Of a stretch of DNA of 64,000 nucleotides, positions 1 through 11,515 are shown in pieces. This stretch comes from Octopus sinensis. Its lineage: Eukaryota. Under the pieces are notes generated by a model, which did no database searches, was not told where the DNA came from, and worked only from the letters and a program-made list of their open reading frames with translations. The DNA is taken from positions 1,270 through 65,269 of the forward strand of contig NW_021832970.1 of the NCBI RefSeq assembly GCF_006345805.1, in the 5' to 3' direction. The number at the start of each line of letters is the position of its first letter. Position 1 is the first letter of the stretch. Both the position numbers and the translations under genes were made by a program.

Positions 1-24
1 TTTTTTTGTTTCCATTTTGGATTA

Positions 25-530
25 AAATTATATATATATATATAGATATATACATATACATAATTTTTATATATTATATTTTATAACATATACATATACA
101 TATATATATATACATATACATATACATATATATATACATATATATATATATATACATATAAACTATACATATATATATATATACATATACATATATATAT
201 ATATATACATATACATATACATATATATATATATATACATATACATATACATATATATATACATATACAATATATATTTATATACATTATACATATACAT
301 TATACATATATAACATATATCTATATATACATCTTCTATTATATATATACATATACATATACATATACTATACATAGATATATATATATACCGATATATA
401 CATATACATATATATAACATAATATCATAATACATATATATATATACATATACATATATATAACATATACCATATATATAAATATAGATAATATATATAT
501 ATACATATATATATACATATACATATAATA
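25..530. repeat. Compound (TA)n/(TATACA)n microsatellite
   Basis: Almost pure TA/TACA units; the YI/MY ORFs here are artefacts of the repeat. Confidence 0.95.
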
Positions 531-1842
531 TAAAATCCTTAAAAATCCTTTAAAATGTTTTAGCCCGAAGGCCGCGGCCATGCTGGGGCACCACCGCTGA
601 ATGAGCCACACTAGTTTGTGATCCACCTCGATACGTGGCACTTGATCAACAAGGGAGTTCGATGCTGCTGCCCGCATCCGGTCTCCTGTCGTGAGGTAGG
701 TTCATCTGGGACTCCCAACAAGAAGAGATCCAGTTTAGTTTTAAAGAAACCCACATCCACACCAATGTAAGTCTCTCAGGCATTTAGGGGAGGATGTTGA
801 AAAGCTGTGGTCCTCTGAAACCCAAGCTGTTGCAGTATCTGGACCTGTATTTTGATGGTGATGTTGGAATCCTTGGCACCACGCATCGGCGCCCGTTCTG
901 CGGTTGGAGTAACTTTGAATGCCAAAGTTTGGGATAACACCCTCCAGGATTTTCAGATGTATATACTGCATATCTCTCCCGCCTCCGCTCCAGGGAGAGA
1001 GGTTTATACCTTCAGTCTTTCCCAGTAGCTGACATTTTGCATTGAGACGATTTTCTTTGTGTAGCTTCTCTGAGTTGCTTCGAGTTCTGCTGTTTGTTTT
1101 ATATTGTGTGGGACCAAAGTTGGGAGCAGTAGTCCAAGCGGCTGAGGACAAATGTTTTCCATAGGACCATCAGTTTCTCCTTCTCTCTTGTTCTGAAAGT
1201 TCGGAGAATCCATCCAGCTAGCCGTCTGCATTTTATCACAGATTAGCAATATGCATTTTGGAAAGATGCATCATTGCCTCATGTCAATGCCCAGGTCACG
1301 CACTGATTTTGACTCAGGGATTGCAATTTTCTGGGCCAGTGTATCCAGTCTTCACGTCATTTACTTTTGTGTGCCAGTAGCGCAGGGCCTGGAACTTACC
1401 TGCATTAAACTGCATGTTGTTGTCCTCAGCCCACCTGTATATTGTTGTCCAGCTCATGTTGCAGATGCGCAATATTTTCAGGGTTCTGTATTGCGTGGGA
1501 GAACTTTGTGTCATCTGCATAGCTAGCAAGGGTGGTCATCGTAGCAACTGAAAGGCATGTTGAAAGGGCCACTATGAACATCAGTGGCCCCAAGACAGGC
1601 CCTGTGGGACACCGCTGGTTATTTGCGTTTCCCTGGAGGTGGCTCCATTGCTCACAACTGCCTGTTTCTGTCTTTTAGGAAGTTGTGCAGCCACTCTCCA
1701 AGTTTCCCGCCTATGCCGAGACCACGCAGTTTGTGACAGATCATACCATGTGACTCTTTATCAAAGGCTTTTGCAAAGTCAAGATATATTACATCCACAT
1801 TTGAGCCATTTAGTAGCTGTTTCAACACCCAGTCATAGTGTT
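531..1842 (-). mobile_element. 5'-truncated, frameshifted CR1-group non-LTR retrotransposon (RT 3' half, 3'UTR, tandem tail)
   Basis: Minus-strand translation across frameshifts gives VDVIYLDFAKAFDK, GKLGEWLHNFLKDRKQAVV, SGVPQG..VLGPLMF, YADD (1510-1521) and IYRWAEDNNMQFNAGKFQ. The 3' end is GGTGGTGCCCCAGCATGGCCGCGGCCTTCGGGCTAAAACA plus AAGGATTTT repeats (531-595). TA microsatellite flanks both sides. Confidence 0.9.
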
Positions 1843-2105
1843 ATAATATATATATATACATATATATATTATAATATATACATACCATATATATATAATA
1901 TACATACATATGGATATATATATAGACATATATTATATATATACATATATATATATAATATATACATATACATATATATATATATACATATATATATTAT
2001 ATATACATACTAAATATATATATACATATACATATATTATATATATATACATATATATATATATACATATATCTATATACATATTATATATATATACATA
2101 TACAA

Positions 2106-2136
<31 letters not shown>

Positions 2137-2298
2137 CATAATATATACATATATATATATATATATACATACTACATACATATATATATATCACATATAT
2201 CTAATATACATATATATATAATATATATACATATACATACATTTATATATATATACATATATATTATATATATACATATATATACATATATATATACC

Positions 2299-2329
<31 letters not shown>

Positions 2330-2360
2330 CATATATATACATATACATATATACATATAC

Positions 2361-2393
<33 letters not shown>

Positions 2394-2457
2394 CACATAA
2401 CACTAATATATATATATACATATATATATTATATAATATGTATATATAAATATATAA

Positions 2458-2492
<35 letters not shown>

Positions 2493-2550
2493 TGTATTTG
2501 CATATATATTATATATCTATATTTGTATATATATATGTTATATATATATT
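1843..2550. repeat. Compound (TA)n/(TACA)n microsatellite
   Basis: Direct reading. Confidence 0.95.
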
Positions 2551-2614
2551 TATATAACAGAGAAGAGTGAAATCACATACCACACTAGAAAAGAGAGCGA
2601 TAGAGAGAGAGTGT

Positions 2615-2656
<42 letters not shown>

Positions 2657-3181
2657 TGTGTGTGTGTGAGTGAGAGAGAGTAAGAGAAAGAGAGAGAAGG
2701 AAAAAGAGCGAAAGAGAGTGAGAGAGAAGAGATAGAGTGAGAATGAGAGAGATTGTATTCAGCTCTCTCACACGACCGTGAAAACTACCGTACACAGACT
2801 TTTCTTTTGATGAATAAAACATTTTTTCTTCGTCATCATCGTTGTCGTTATTGTCGCCGTCGTCGTCATCGTCACCATTTCTGTTGTTGTTGTTGTTGTT
2901 GTTGTTCTTGTTGCTTTTATTGTTGCTGTTGATAATAACAAACTATTTCTGAAATGTCTGCATTCTTTATTTCCTACATTCCTAAGATGAGTGAAGGGCG
3001 GAGATTTGCCTATAAAAGAAAACCGGTGGAGCAACGGACCAAGGTGCATTTAAAGCGTTTCATTTTCGTTTTCCTGTGGGGGGAGGCACGGTTGTTTGAT
3101 GTTGTTGTTGTTTTCCATTTAAGTGTATTTATTTTCTTCTTTTTTTAAAAGTTTAGTGTAATTTTTTATTTTAATTATATA

Positions 3182-3577
3182 GGCGTAGGAGTGGCTGTGT
3201 GGAAAGTAGCTTGCTTACCAACAACATGGTTCCGGGTTCAGTTCCAAGGCGTTGCACCTTGGGCAAGTGTCTTCTACTATAGCCTCGGGTCGACCAAAGC
3301 CTTGTGAGTGGATTTGGTAGACGGAAATTGAAAGAAACCCGTCGTATATATGTATATATGTATGTGTGTGTGTGTGTGTATCTTTTTGTGTGTTTGTCCA
3401 GCCAACATCGCTTGACAGCTGATGCTGGTGTGTTTACGCCCCCGTTACTTAGCGGTTCGGCATAAGAGGCCGATAGAATAAGTACTAGACTTACAAAGAA
3501 TAAGTCCTGGGGTCAATTTGTTTGACTAAAGGCGATGCTCCAGCATGGCCACAGTCAAATGACTGAAACAATAAAAA
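3182..3577 (+). mobile_element. SINE-C (tRNA-headed CORE-type SINE), full length
   Basis: Head GGCGTAGGAGTGGCTGTGTGG, B-box-like GGTTCAGTTCC, CCTTGGGCAAGTGTCTT core, internal (TA)/(TG) tract, tail CCAGCATGGCCACAGTCAAATGACTGAAACA; more than 8 homologues in the window. Confidence 0.9.
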
Positions 3578-3639
3578 TATATATATATTGGCATTTGAAT
3601 TTCTTTTGTCCTCCGGGTGTCTGGGTGGGAAGATAACTA

Positions 3640-4476
3640 TAAATATGTTTCCAATTTTGGCACAAGGCCAGAATGTTCGAGGGTGGAGGCTACTCGATTC
3701 CATCGATTCCAATCTTCAACTGGTACTTATTTCATCGACCCCAAAAAACTGAAAGGCAAAATTGACAACGGCGGAATTTGAACCCAGAACGTAAAAACGG
3801 ACTAAATGCCGCTAAGCATTTTACCTGGCGTGCTAACAATTCTTATTTCTTTATTGCCCACAAGGGGCTAAACATAGAGGGGACAAACAAGGACAGACAA
3901 ACGGATTAAGTCGATTATATCGACCCCAGTACATAACTGGTACTTAATTTATCGGCCCCGAAAGGATGAAAGGCAAAGTCGACCTCGGCGGAATTTGAAC
4001 TCAGAACGTAGTGGCAGACGAAATACCGCTAAGCATTTCGCCCAGCCTGCTAACGTTTCTTATTTCTTTATTGCTCACAAGGGGCTGAACATAGAAGGGG
4101 ACAAACAAGGACAGACAAACGGATTAAGTCGATTAAATCGATCCCAGTACGTAACTGGTACTTAATTTATTGAGCCCAAAAGGATGAAAGGCAAAGTCGA
4201 CCTCGGCTGAATTTGAACTCAGAACGTAACGGCAGACGGTATACCTATTTCTTTACTGCCCAAAAGGGGCTAAACACAGAGGGGACAAACAAGGACAGAC
4301 GAAGGGATTAAGTCGATTACATCGACCCCAGTGCGTAACTGGTACTTAATTTATCGACCCCGAAAGGATGAAAGGCAAAGTCGACCTCGGCTGAATTTGA
4401 ACTCAGGACGTAACGGCAGACGGAATACCGCTAAGCATTTCGCCCGGTGTGCTAACGTTTCTGCCAGCTCACCACC
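3640..4476 (-). mobile_element. Tandem array of four SINE-A units sharing one head
   Basis: Unit junctions at 3843/3844, 4060/4061 and 4245/4246. Three units end in the ...CCCCTTGTGGGCAATAAAGAAATA tail; the most diverged unit has the GGCCTTGTGCCAAAATT tail. Confidence 0.9.
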
Positions 4477-4743
4477 TTAGTTTCCATACAGTTTCTGTCT
4501 ACCAAATTAATTCACAAGGCATTGGTCGGTTCCGCGGTATAGCAGAAGATACTTGTCCAAGATGTCGTTCTCTTCAGCCATCATAACCAGGGTATGACAG
4601 TGTCATCCGCAGGTGTGGTTCCAGTTCGGGAGTTCTGGAGTTGTAGAGAACGTGGAATCATCATCTCTTAATTACCATTATTTCCAAGTTCATTCTACCC
4701 GGGAACCGTAGTACCTGTCAGGGTCACAATTTTGGGTAAAATT

Positions 4744-5072
4744 TTGGGTTGTCCGGAAAGTTCGTACCGACTTTTAAAGGAAAGAAAAAGGTCTATAAAT
4801 ACTTTCCATCACATTTTTAATCAACCAAATATGAACCATTTTGTTGCACAATGCGTCTCCATCTTTCCTTTAACTTGAAAATACCCTCTTCCCAAAATTG
4901 AGGTGGTTTCATGGCAAAGAATTCATCAATGTATCTTTTTACGTCATCCAAAGAATTGAAATTTTTACCATTAAGACTATTCTGCAGAGACCTGAATAAG
5001 TGGAAATCCGAAGGAGCAATATCTGGTGAATATGGAGGGTGGGGTAACACATCCCAGCCGAGCTGACTAAGT
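4744..5072 (-). mobile_element. Mariner (Tc1/mariner) transposon 3' end: transposase C-terminus plus one TIR
   Basis: LGWDVLPHPPYSPDIAPSDFHLFRSLQNSL...WEEGIFKLKERWRRIVQQNGSY* (stop 4817-4819); TIR-like TTGGGTTGTCCGGAAAGTTCGTACCG at 4744-4770; no partner TIR seen. Confidence 0.92.
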
Positions 5073-5364
5073 ATGACTAAGGAAACTAACATGAGGTATG
5101 TCCAATAACATAGGTTCATACTATAGAGGTAACTATCTCGTGTAAGCGCGCATTGTGCCGCTGATAGAGTTAGCAGAAATGAGGTCGATCCTGGATGCTC
5201 CGCTGGGATATGGGTAGAAGGCCGTGAGGGTGTTTCTGAATGCTAACGATTATAAAGGCACCCAAAAAAAGCTAACGAAAGCATGGTTCTTGTTACCAGG
5301 TAATGAATTTTACATGTGAATTTACACATTTCTAATATATCAAGCCAGAAAAGACGATGAACAG

Positions 5365-5562
5365 AGAACCGTTAGCACGTCGGGAAAATGCTTAGCGGTG
5401 TTCGTACGTCTTGGTGTTCTGAGTTCAAATTCCGACGAGGCCGACTTTGCCTTTTATCCTTCCGGAGTCGATAAAGTAAGTACCAGTTGAGCACTGGCAT
5501 CGATATAATCGATTCCCCCCTCCTCCGAAATTGCTAGCCTTGTGCCAAAATTTGAAACCAGT
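5365..5562 (+). mobile_element. SINE-A, 5'-truncated, GCCTTGTGCCAAAATTTGAAACC tail
   Basis: GTTAGCACG head part, GAGTTCAAATTCC B-box, GACTTTGCCTTTTATCCTTCCGGAGTCGATAAA body. Confidence 0.85.
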
Positions 5563-6484
5563 ATCATAAAGCCAAATTATGAGATTAATATATGACACTC
5601 GTAGCTCGGATGAACAACGGTTAAGCTTATACACAAGCATTATACACACACACAAAGTCGTCATAACGTTACCTAAAGCTACAGATGCAGTGACCGTCTT
5701 TATTGCATGTAATGGAAACAAATACTCCCTCGTGAGTGACGTCTCTGGTTTCGGTTACACTCCTACACATTTTATCAATTTTTAATACTATACACCAAAT
5801 GTTTATACAATTTATCAATTTTCTACAGCATTTAACAATTTTCTACATCATGTAGCAATGTTGTGTAAACTATGTCACATGTCTTATCAGTTCTATCAGG
5901 AAGTAAGCTATAGGCAAAGACGAAACATTGACCCAGCTTCTGCTTCCGTTTCCAAGTTATTACATTTCACGTAAGGGCGGTGGACCGGTAGGGATTTTTG
6001 AGCGTCGGAGCAAAATCCCATGCGGTATTTTGCTCTGGATACTTAAGTGCTGAGTTCAGATCTTAACGAGGCCAACTTTACCTTTCATCCTTCCGGTGTC
6101 GATATATTGATGTACTGGTCATATACAGGGATCAGTTTAATCGACTGATCCCTCTCACCAAAAGATTTGTAGGCATGTGCCTTACATTAGAGACAGCTCT
6201 ATTACGCTTTTGAAAAGTACATCTCGTTTACAAAATCACATTGTATCTCTATTAAAAACCTAGGAATAACCAACGAAAGAGTCATTTGGCCTGCTAGAAA
6301 TCACAGCCAAATTTACTTCATAACATACTTTACCATCCTACAAGATGAACAAATCTAACAGTGTCATTCTCGCTGCACACTACTTGATAGACGAGTTAGT
6401 CACGACTGGCACGCCGTTGATTATATGTCTGCTAAAACAAGTCTGATATGAGATTAACAATAACAGTAACCAAGAAACTTGTGA

Positions 6485-6661
6485 AGGCGCGTGGCTTAGT
6501 GATTAGGGGCATTCTGCTCATGATCGTAAGGTCCTGAGTTCAATTCCCGGCGGCTATACGTTGTGTCCTTGAGCAAGACACTTTATTTCACGTTGCTCCA
6601 GTCCACTCAACTGGCAAAAATGAGTTGTATTTGTATTTCAAAGGGCCAGCCTTGTCACACT
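6485..6661 (+). mobile_element. SINE-B, 5' part
   Basis: GGCGCGTGGCTTAGTGATTAGG A-box, GAGTTCAATTCCC B-box, GTTGTGTCCTTGAGCAAGACACTT core; interrupted by a reverse SINE-C head (6662-6752). Confidence 0.85.
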
Positions 6662-7126
6662 CTATAGTAGAAGACACTTGCCCAAGGTGCCACGCAGTGG
6701 GACTGAACCCGGAACCATGTGGTTGATAAGCAAGCTACTTACCACACAGTTAAGGGTATACATGTATGTGGAATACTCAGCCATTTACTGGTCAGTTCAG
6801 AGGCAAGTATTTCAGTTGACCGAAAAACAGAGTCCTCGTCATCAAAGGACGGAGATCCTCCAAAGGCGCGGAGACGGAGATACTTCGAAGGAGTAGACTA
6901 CAGACTAACCGTCTTCAAAGCAAGGTCTATATGAAATTGGTGGGGATGTTTAGCAATCACACTAATCATGGGTCCGGTGGACTAAGGTGGGACCCATGGA
7001 TATGTGAAGGGCCCCAATTTAAAAGAAAAAAGAAAAAATCCTCACTGCTCCCTTAAATTGCGAGGAGAAGACGACTCCTGGGACCCGAAAACAATCATGT
7101 TCTGTCTGCAAATATTTATTTTATCT

Positions 7127-7340
7127 AAGGTGGCGAGCTGGCAGGATCGTTATCATATTGGACAAAATGCTTAGCGACATTTCGTCCGGCTTTACGTTCT
7201 GAGTTCAAATTCTGTTGAGGTCAAGTTCATCGTTCATCCTTTCGGAGTCGATAAAATAAGTACTAGTTAAGCATTGGGGGTCGATGTAATCGACTGTCCC
7301 CCACTTTTCCCTGAAATTGATGGTCTTGTGTCAAAATTTG
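7127..7340 (+). mobile_element. SINE-A, diverged full length
   Basis: AAGGTGGCGAGCTGGCAGG head through GTCTTGTGTCAAAATTTG tail. Confidence 0.85.
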
Positions 7341-7750
7341 GCGTGACTGTACAGTAAGAGGCTATCTTTTTGTGGTTCTGGTTTCAGTCCTACTGCGTGA
7401 CACCTTGCGCAAATATCTTCTACTATAGTCTCGGGTTAACCGAAGCCTTGTGAGTGGGTTTGGGAAACGGAAACTGAAAGAAGCCCGTCGTATATATGTA
7501 TATACCTATGTGTGTATGTGTGTGTGAGTGTGTGTGTGTGTGTGTCAGTTTTTGCCACACACCCACCCCACCGCTTGACAGCCAGTTTTGGTCTGTTTAC
7601 ATCTCCGTAACTTAGCGGTTTGACAAAAGAGACCGATAGAATAACTACTAGGCTTTAAATAAGTCCTAGGGTCGATTCCTTCAAGGCGGTACTCCAGCAT
7701 GACCGCAGTCAAATGACTGAACCAAATAGAAGAATAAAAGAAATAAAATA
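7340..7750 (+). mobile_element. SINE-C, diverged
   Basis: CCTTGCGCAAAT core, GGAAACTGAAAGAAGCCCGTCG, tail CTCCAGCATGACCGCAGTCAAATGACTGAA. Confidence 0.85.
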
Positions 7751-8098
7751 TTTTATCTTGGAGGCCCCCATTCAAGGTTATTTCAGGCGTGGTCCTTGGA
7801 TTAACAACGATCTGTGGGCGTTTGTCTCTGAGGCCTCTAGTGTTCAGTAGATGTCGGATAAAATCGTTTGTTTCCACGAGTTTGCAAGACACTGATGTAT
7901 TGAGGGAAGAACCACCACCACCACAACCAGCAGCACCATCAGCACCAACACCCCACTACCACCACCACCGCCGCTCCTATATTTATTATTACCAGAACAG
8001 TTCCATCAGTTTGTGATATGTTATACCCAACGCAGTACCTATTTAGAAACAGGTGAAATTGACAGTTGTTGAGACGGGCTGATGCACAGACATATACG

Positions 8099-8143
<45 letters not shown>

Positions 8144-8183
8144 TGATACAAAAAGAGATATACTCATGTGCGTGAGTGTATCG

Positions 8184-8262
<79 letters not shown>

Positions 8263-8264
8263 CT

Positions 8265-8425
8265 CGAGATCTTTCCTTCTCCTATGTTTCCGACGAAGAG
8301 CTCCGCTCGAAACGTCAAACCCTCCTTCTTCCCTTCTTTCCTGAGCGTCCAATAATACTTTATTTGTTCCACGTCCTCGCGTTGTTGTGTTTTGTTTTTT
8401 TTGTGTTTTCTTGTTTGGATTAACT
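8265..8425 (+). mobile_element. PLE pseudo-LTR-like module (family 1) in (TA)n
   Basis: Hammerhead motif, then pyrimidine run and TTTCCTGAGCGTCCAATAATAC..TTTGTTCCA; homologous to 9780-9945 and 22878-23010. Confidence 0.7.
8286..8320 (+). ncRNA. Minimal type I hammerhead ribozyme motif (U4C variant)
   Basis: GTTT-CCGACGA-A-GAGC(TCC)GCTC-GAAAC-GTC-AAAC: stem I GTTT/AAAC, stem II GAGC/GCTC, palindromic ACGT stem III, GUC triplet. Confidence 0.7.
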
Positions 8426-8449
8426 ATATATATATAGTAAATAAATGTT

Positions 8450-8689
8450 CCTTCTCGAGCCGTGCCAGGCTCATAAGGGCCGGTTTCCCGGTTTCAGTGT
8501 CGTAGAAATTCCCCACCTGGACGGGACGCCGGTCTGTCGCAAGATTACTCATTTTTGCCAGCTGAATGGACTAGACTAACGTGAAAAGGAAGTGTTTTGC
8601 TCAAGAACACAACGCATCGCCCGGTCCAGGGATCGAAACCACCACCATACGATCATGAGTTCAACATTCTAACCACTAAGCCACGCGCC
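8450..8689 (-). mobile_element. SINE-B
   Basis: Reverse complement of GGCGCGTGGCTTAGTGGTTAG head and GTTGTGTTCTTGAGCAAAACAC core. Confidence 0.85.
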
Positions 8690-9277
8690 TCCACATATAC
8701 ATATACATACATACATACGTATCCATATATATATAAGAATATAATGCATATATATATTTAAGAAAATAATGCATATATATATATAGACATGTTCGCGAGT
8801 GCATACGCACACAAACACACACACATACACACATACATCGCATGTATAAGCTGATCTCTCTCTATATATAAATAGGTAGAGAAATGTGTGTGCCTAAGTA
8901 TACATATACATACATACAGACATACAAACACAGACATGGAGACATATATATATATATATAGAGAGAGAGAAGAGAGAGATTGAGAGAGAGAGAGATCCAC
9001 GAGCGCGCACACACACACACACACACGCACATACACACACACCACATACTCAGAATACCAGTAACATGATCCGAACCTACATTCTCTGGTTCTCTCATTC
9101 AATTATCCAATACACTAGAGACAAGGTGTTCCACGCCCTCGCTCTGATTCAGTTAAACGATGTGACGTCATAACAGTGATGAATGAACGGCTTTTATAGA
9201 ATGAGCGTAACTCCCTCCACCATTCATAAGCAACAGCAACAATCATTACACTGGCTTGATGATGATGATGATGATGA

Positions 9278-9520
9278 TTTCTTTTATTAGCCACAAGGGC
9301 ATAGATATGGGTGGGTGGCTGGGGGGACATCACAAGGACAGACAAGAATTTGTGTGGAGATTTACGTAAAGAATTTGGGAGAAAGAAATGGAAAAGACAG
9401 TGAAATGCGATAAAAGTAGACATCGTTTACAAAGCATGTGAGGAGATAAATTTTGCAGTTCTCTTGATACAGAGCGACTACATATAGGGCCAGTCAAAGA
9501 ACCCCACAGATCCAGGATTG
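9278..9520 (-). mobile_element. LINE-like 3'UTR ending GTGGCTAATAAAAGAAA, abutting (ATC)n
   Basis: Pyrimidine-rich UTR with TTGTCTGTCCTTGT and GCCCTTGTGGCTAATAAAAGAAA, followed by (ATC)n; these motifs are shared with the SINE-A tail. L1/Tx1 origin is inference. Confidence 0.6.
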
Positions 9521-9690
9521 ACAACCGATGCTGGTGTGTTTACGTCCCCGTAACTCGGGCGATTCGGCATAAGAGGCCGATAGAATAAGTACTAGGCTTA
9601 CAAAAAGTACGTCCTGGGGTCGATTTGTTCGACTAAAGGCGGTGCTCCAGCATGGCCGCAGTCAAATGACTGAAACAAGTAAAAGAGTAT
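9518..9690 (+). mobile_element. SINE-C 3' half
   Basis: TTGACAACCGATGCTGGTGTG...GGCGGTGCTCCAGCATGGCCGCAGTCAAATGACTGAAACAAGTAAAAGAG. Confidence 0.9.
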
Positions 9691-9779
9691 GTCCAGATAT
9701 GCAACTATGTGCACGAGAAAACATACATAAAACATACACGCACATATATATATATGCATACATATATACATACATTCAA

Positions 9780-9945
9780 TATGTGACCTCGTGTGTATCG
9801 TTGGCGATTCTTTTTCATCCGTCTTCCCTTCCTTGGATCTTTCCTTTTTCTATGTTTCTGACGAGGCGCTCAGCTCGAAACGTTAAATCCTCCGTCTTTC
9901 TTTCCTTTCCTGAGCGTCCAATAACGCTATACTTGTTCCATATTT
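9780..9945 (+). mobile_element. PLE pseudo-LTR-like module (family 1) with hammerhead at 9854-9888
   Basis: GTTT-CTGACGA-G-GCGC(TCA)GCTC-GAAAC-GTT-AAAT; canonical CUGACGA core but one stem II mismatch. Confidence 0.65.
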
Positions 9946-10021
9946 ATAAATATGTATGTATGTATTTACATATATATGTATATATTTAAGTTTCTATTTG
10001 CCAAATATATTTGTGCGTTTG

Positions 10022-10052
<31 letters not shown>

Positions 10053-10847
10053 CACGCGCGCGCGCACACACACACACACACCACAGATGCGTGTGCGCAC
10101 ATCCGCCCACTCACACAAGCACACACTCCCACACACGTATTTTTTGTACTTTAAGAGATTCATAACACCAATGCACTAGTTGTATTTTACTTCAATTTAA
10201 TTGTCAATTAATTACATAATTGGTTAATTAATATATGATCTAATTAGTTGATTAATTGGTTTGTTAATGTTCTTTCGTGAAAACATCTGGCCTAATTGAT
10301 GTCGATGTGTCCATCCCCTCCCTTTCTGTACCGTATCCCCCGAGGTTGTTAACCAGTATATGTAGAGTTGTTATGATCATAGATCCGTACTGCTTGGTTC
10401 CTGGATTAAGAAGTGTTGTTATGTCGTTGTTTTACAATTATGAAGAGGGTTTTGTAACCTTAGTGATTCACCAATACAAGGGGCATTGCTATGCTATTCT
10501 TTCGCCAATGTCGGGTGTGTTATTACGTGTGTATTTCACCAAATAAAAAAAAAAGGGTTGTTATATGAATGTTTTACAAATACAAGGATTTGTTGAGGCA
10601 GGTTTGGGTAATTAGCTAAGTAGCGCAATCATGTGTTCCCGGATTCGATTTCAGTGCTTCACGTTATGTTCTAGTGTCGACCCAATCTTTGGGCGTGAAA
10701 CCCTATTGGCGGAAACTGTGTATCGTGCTGATTCTGGTTAGGGATCGCGTTAAGGGTAGACGTGTTTATGGAGTACTCAGTCATTTATATGTTAATTCTA
10801 ACGAGTCAGGCGTCAAATTGCTCGAACAACTGAGTGCTCGTCGTCAA

Positions 10848-11270
10848 TAGCGGCGTGGGAGTGGCTGTGTGGAAAGTAGCTTGCTTACCAACTACATGAT
10901 TCCGGGTTCAGTCCCACTGTGCGGCACCTTGGGCAAGTGTCTTCTACTATAGCCTCGGGCCGACCAAAGCCTTGTGAGTGGATTTGGTAGACGGAAACTG
11001 AAAGCAGCCCGTCATATATATATATATGTATGCTTGTGTGTGTGGTGTGTGTGTGTATACGTTTGTGTGTCTGTGTTTGTCCCCCAACATCGCTTGACAA
11101 CCGATGCTGGTGTGTTACGTCCCCATAACTTAGTGGTTCGGCAAAAGATACCGATAGAATAAGTACTTGGTTTACAAAGAATAAGTCCCGGGGTCGATTT
11201 GCTCGACTAAAGGCGGTGCTCCAGCATGGCCACAGTCAAATGACTGAAACAAGTAAAAGAGTAAAGAGTA
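10848..11270 (+). mobile_element. SINE-C, full length
   Basis: Head, CCTTGGGCAAGTGTC core, microsatellite linker and AAGTAAAAGAGTAAAGAG tail. Confidence 0.92.
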
Positions 11271-11334
11271 TTAATGTAAGAAGTATTGTTATGTGAAAAT
11301 TTCTTTAAAATCACAGTGCTATTATATCAATGCT

Positions 11335-11515
11335 AAAATCGTTAGCATGCTGGACAAAAGTCTTTATGTGATGAATTCAAATTCCGCTGAGGTCGATTTT
11401 GCCTCTCGTCCTTTCGGGATCAATAAAAAAGTACCAACTGAGCACTGAGGTCGATGTCATTGATGAGCCATCACCGCCACCACACAAATTTCAGGCCTTG
11501 TGCCTATAATAGAAA
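11335..11515 (+). mobile_element. SINE-A, diverged, GGCCTTGTGCCTATAATAGAAAG tail
   Basis: AATCGTTAGCATGC, GAATTCAAATTCCGCTGAGGTCGA body. Confidence 0.8.

Noticed and set aside
2995-3018. GC box plus TATAAAAG promoter
   Set aside because: No downstream exon or ORF before a SINE; such motifs are expected by chance in 64 kb.
5073-5240. Continuation of the mariner ORF (N-terminal part of ORF 4817..5119)
   Set aside because: Sequence beyond LSQLGWDV is not transposase-like; it is unrelated flank.
6485-6560. tRNA genes at SINE heads (also 26631, 32463, 49383)
   Set aside because: A and B boxes are present, but they run into SINE cores and tails and lack a complete cloverleaf.
9163-9170. TGACGTCA (CRE) site
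   Set aside because: Single 8-mer with no supporting context.
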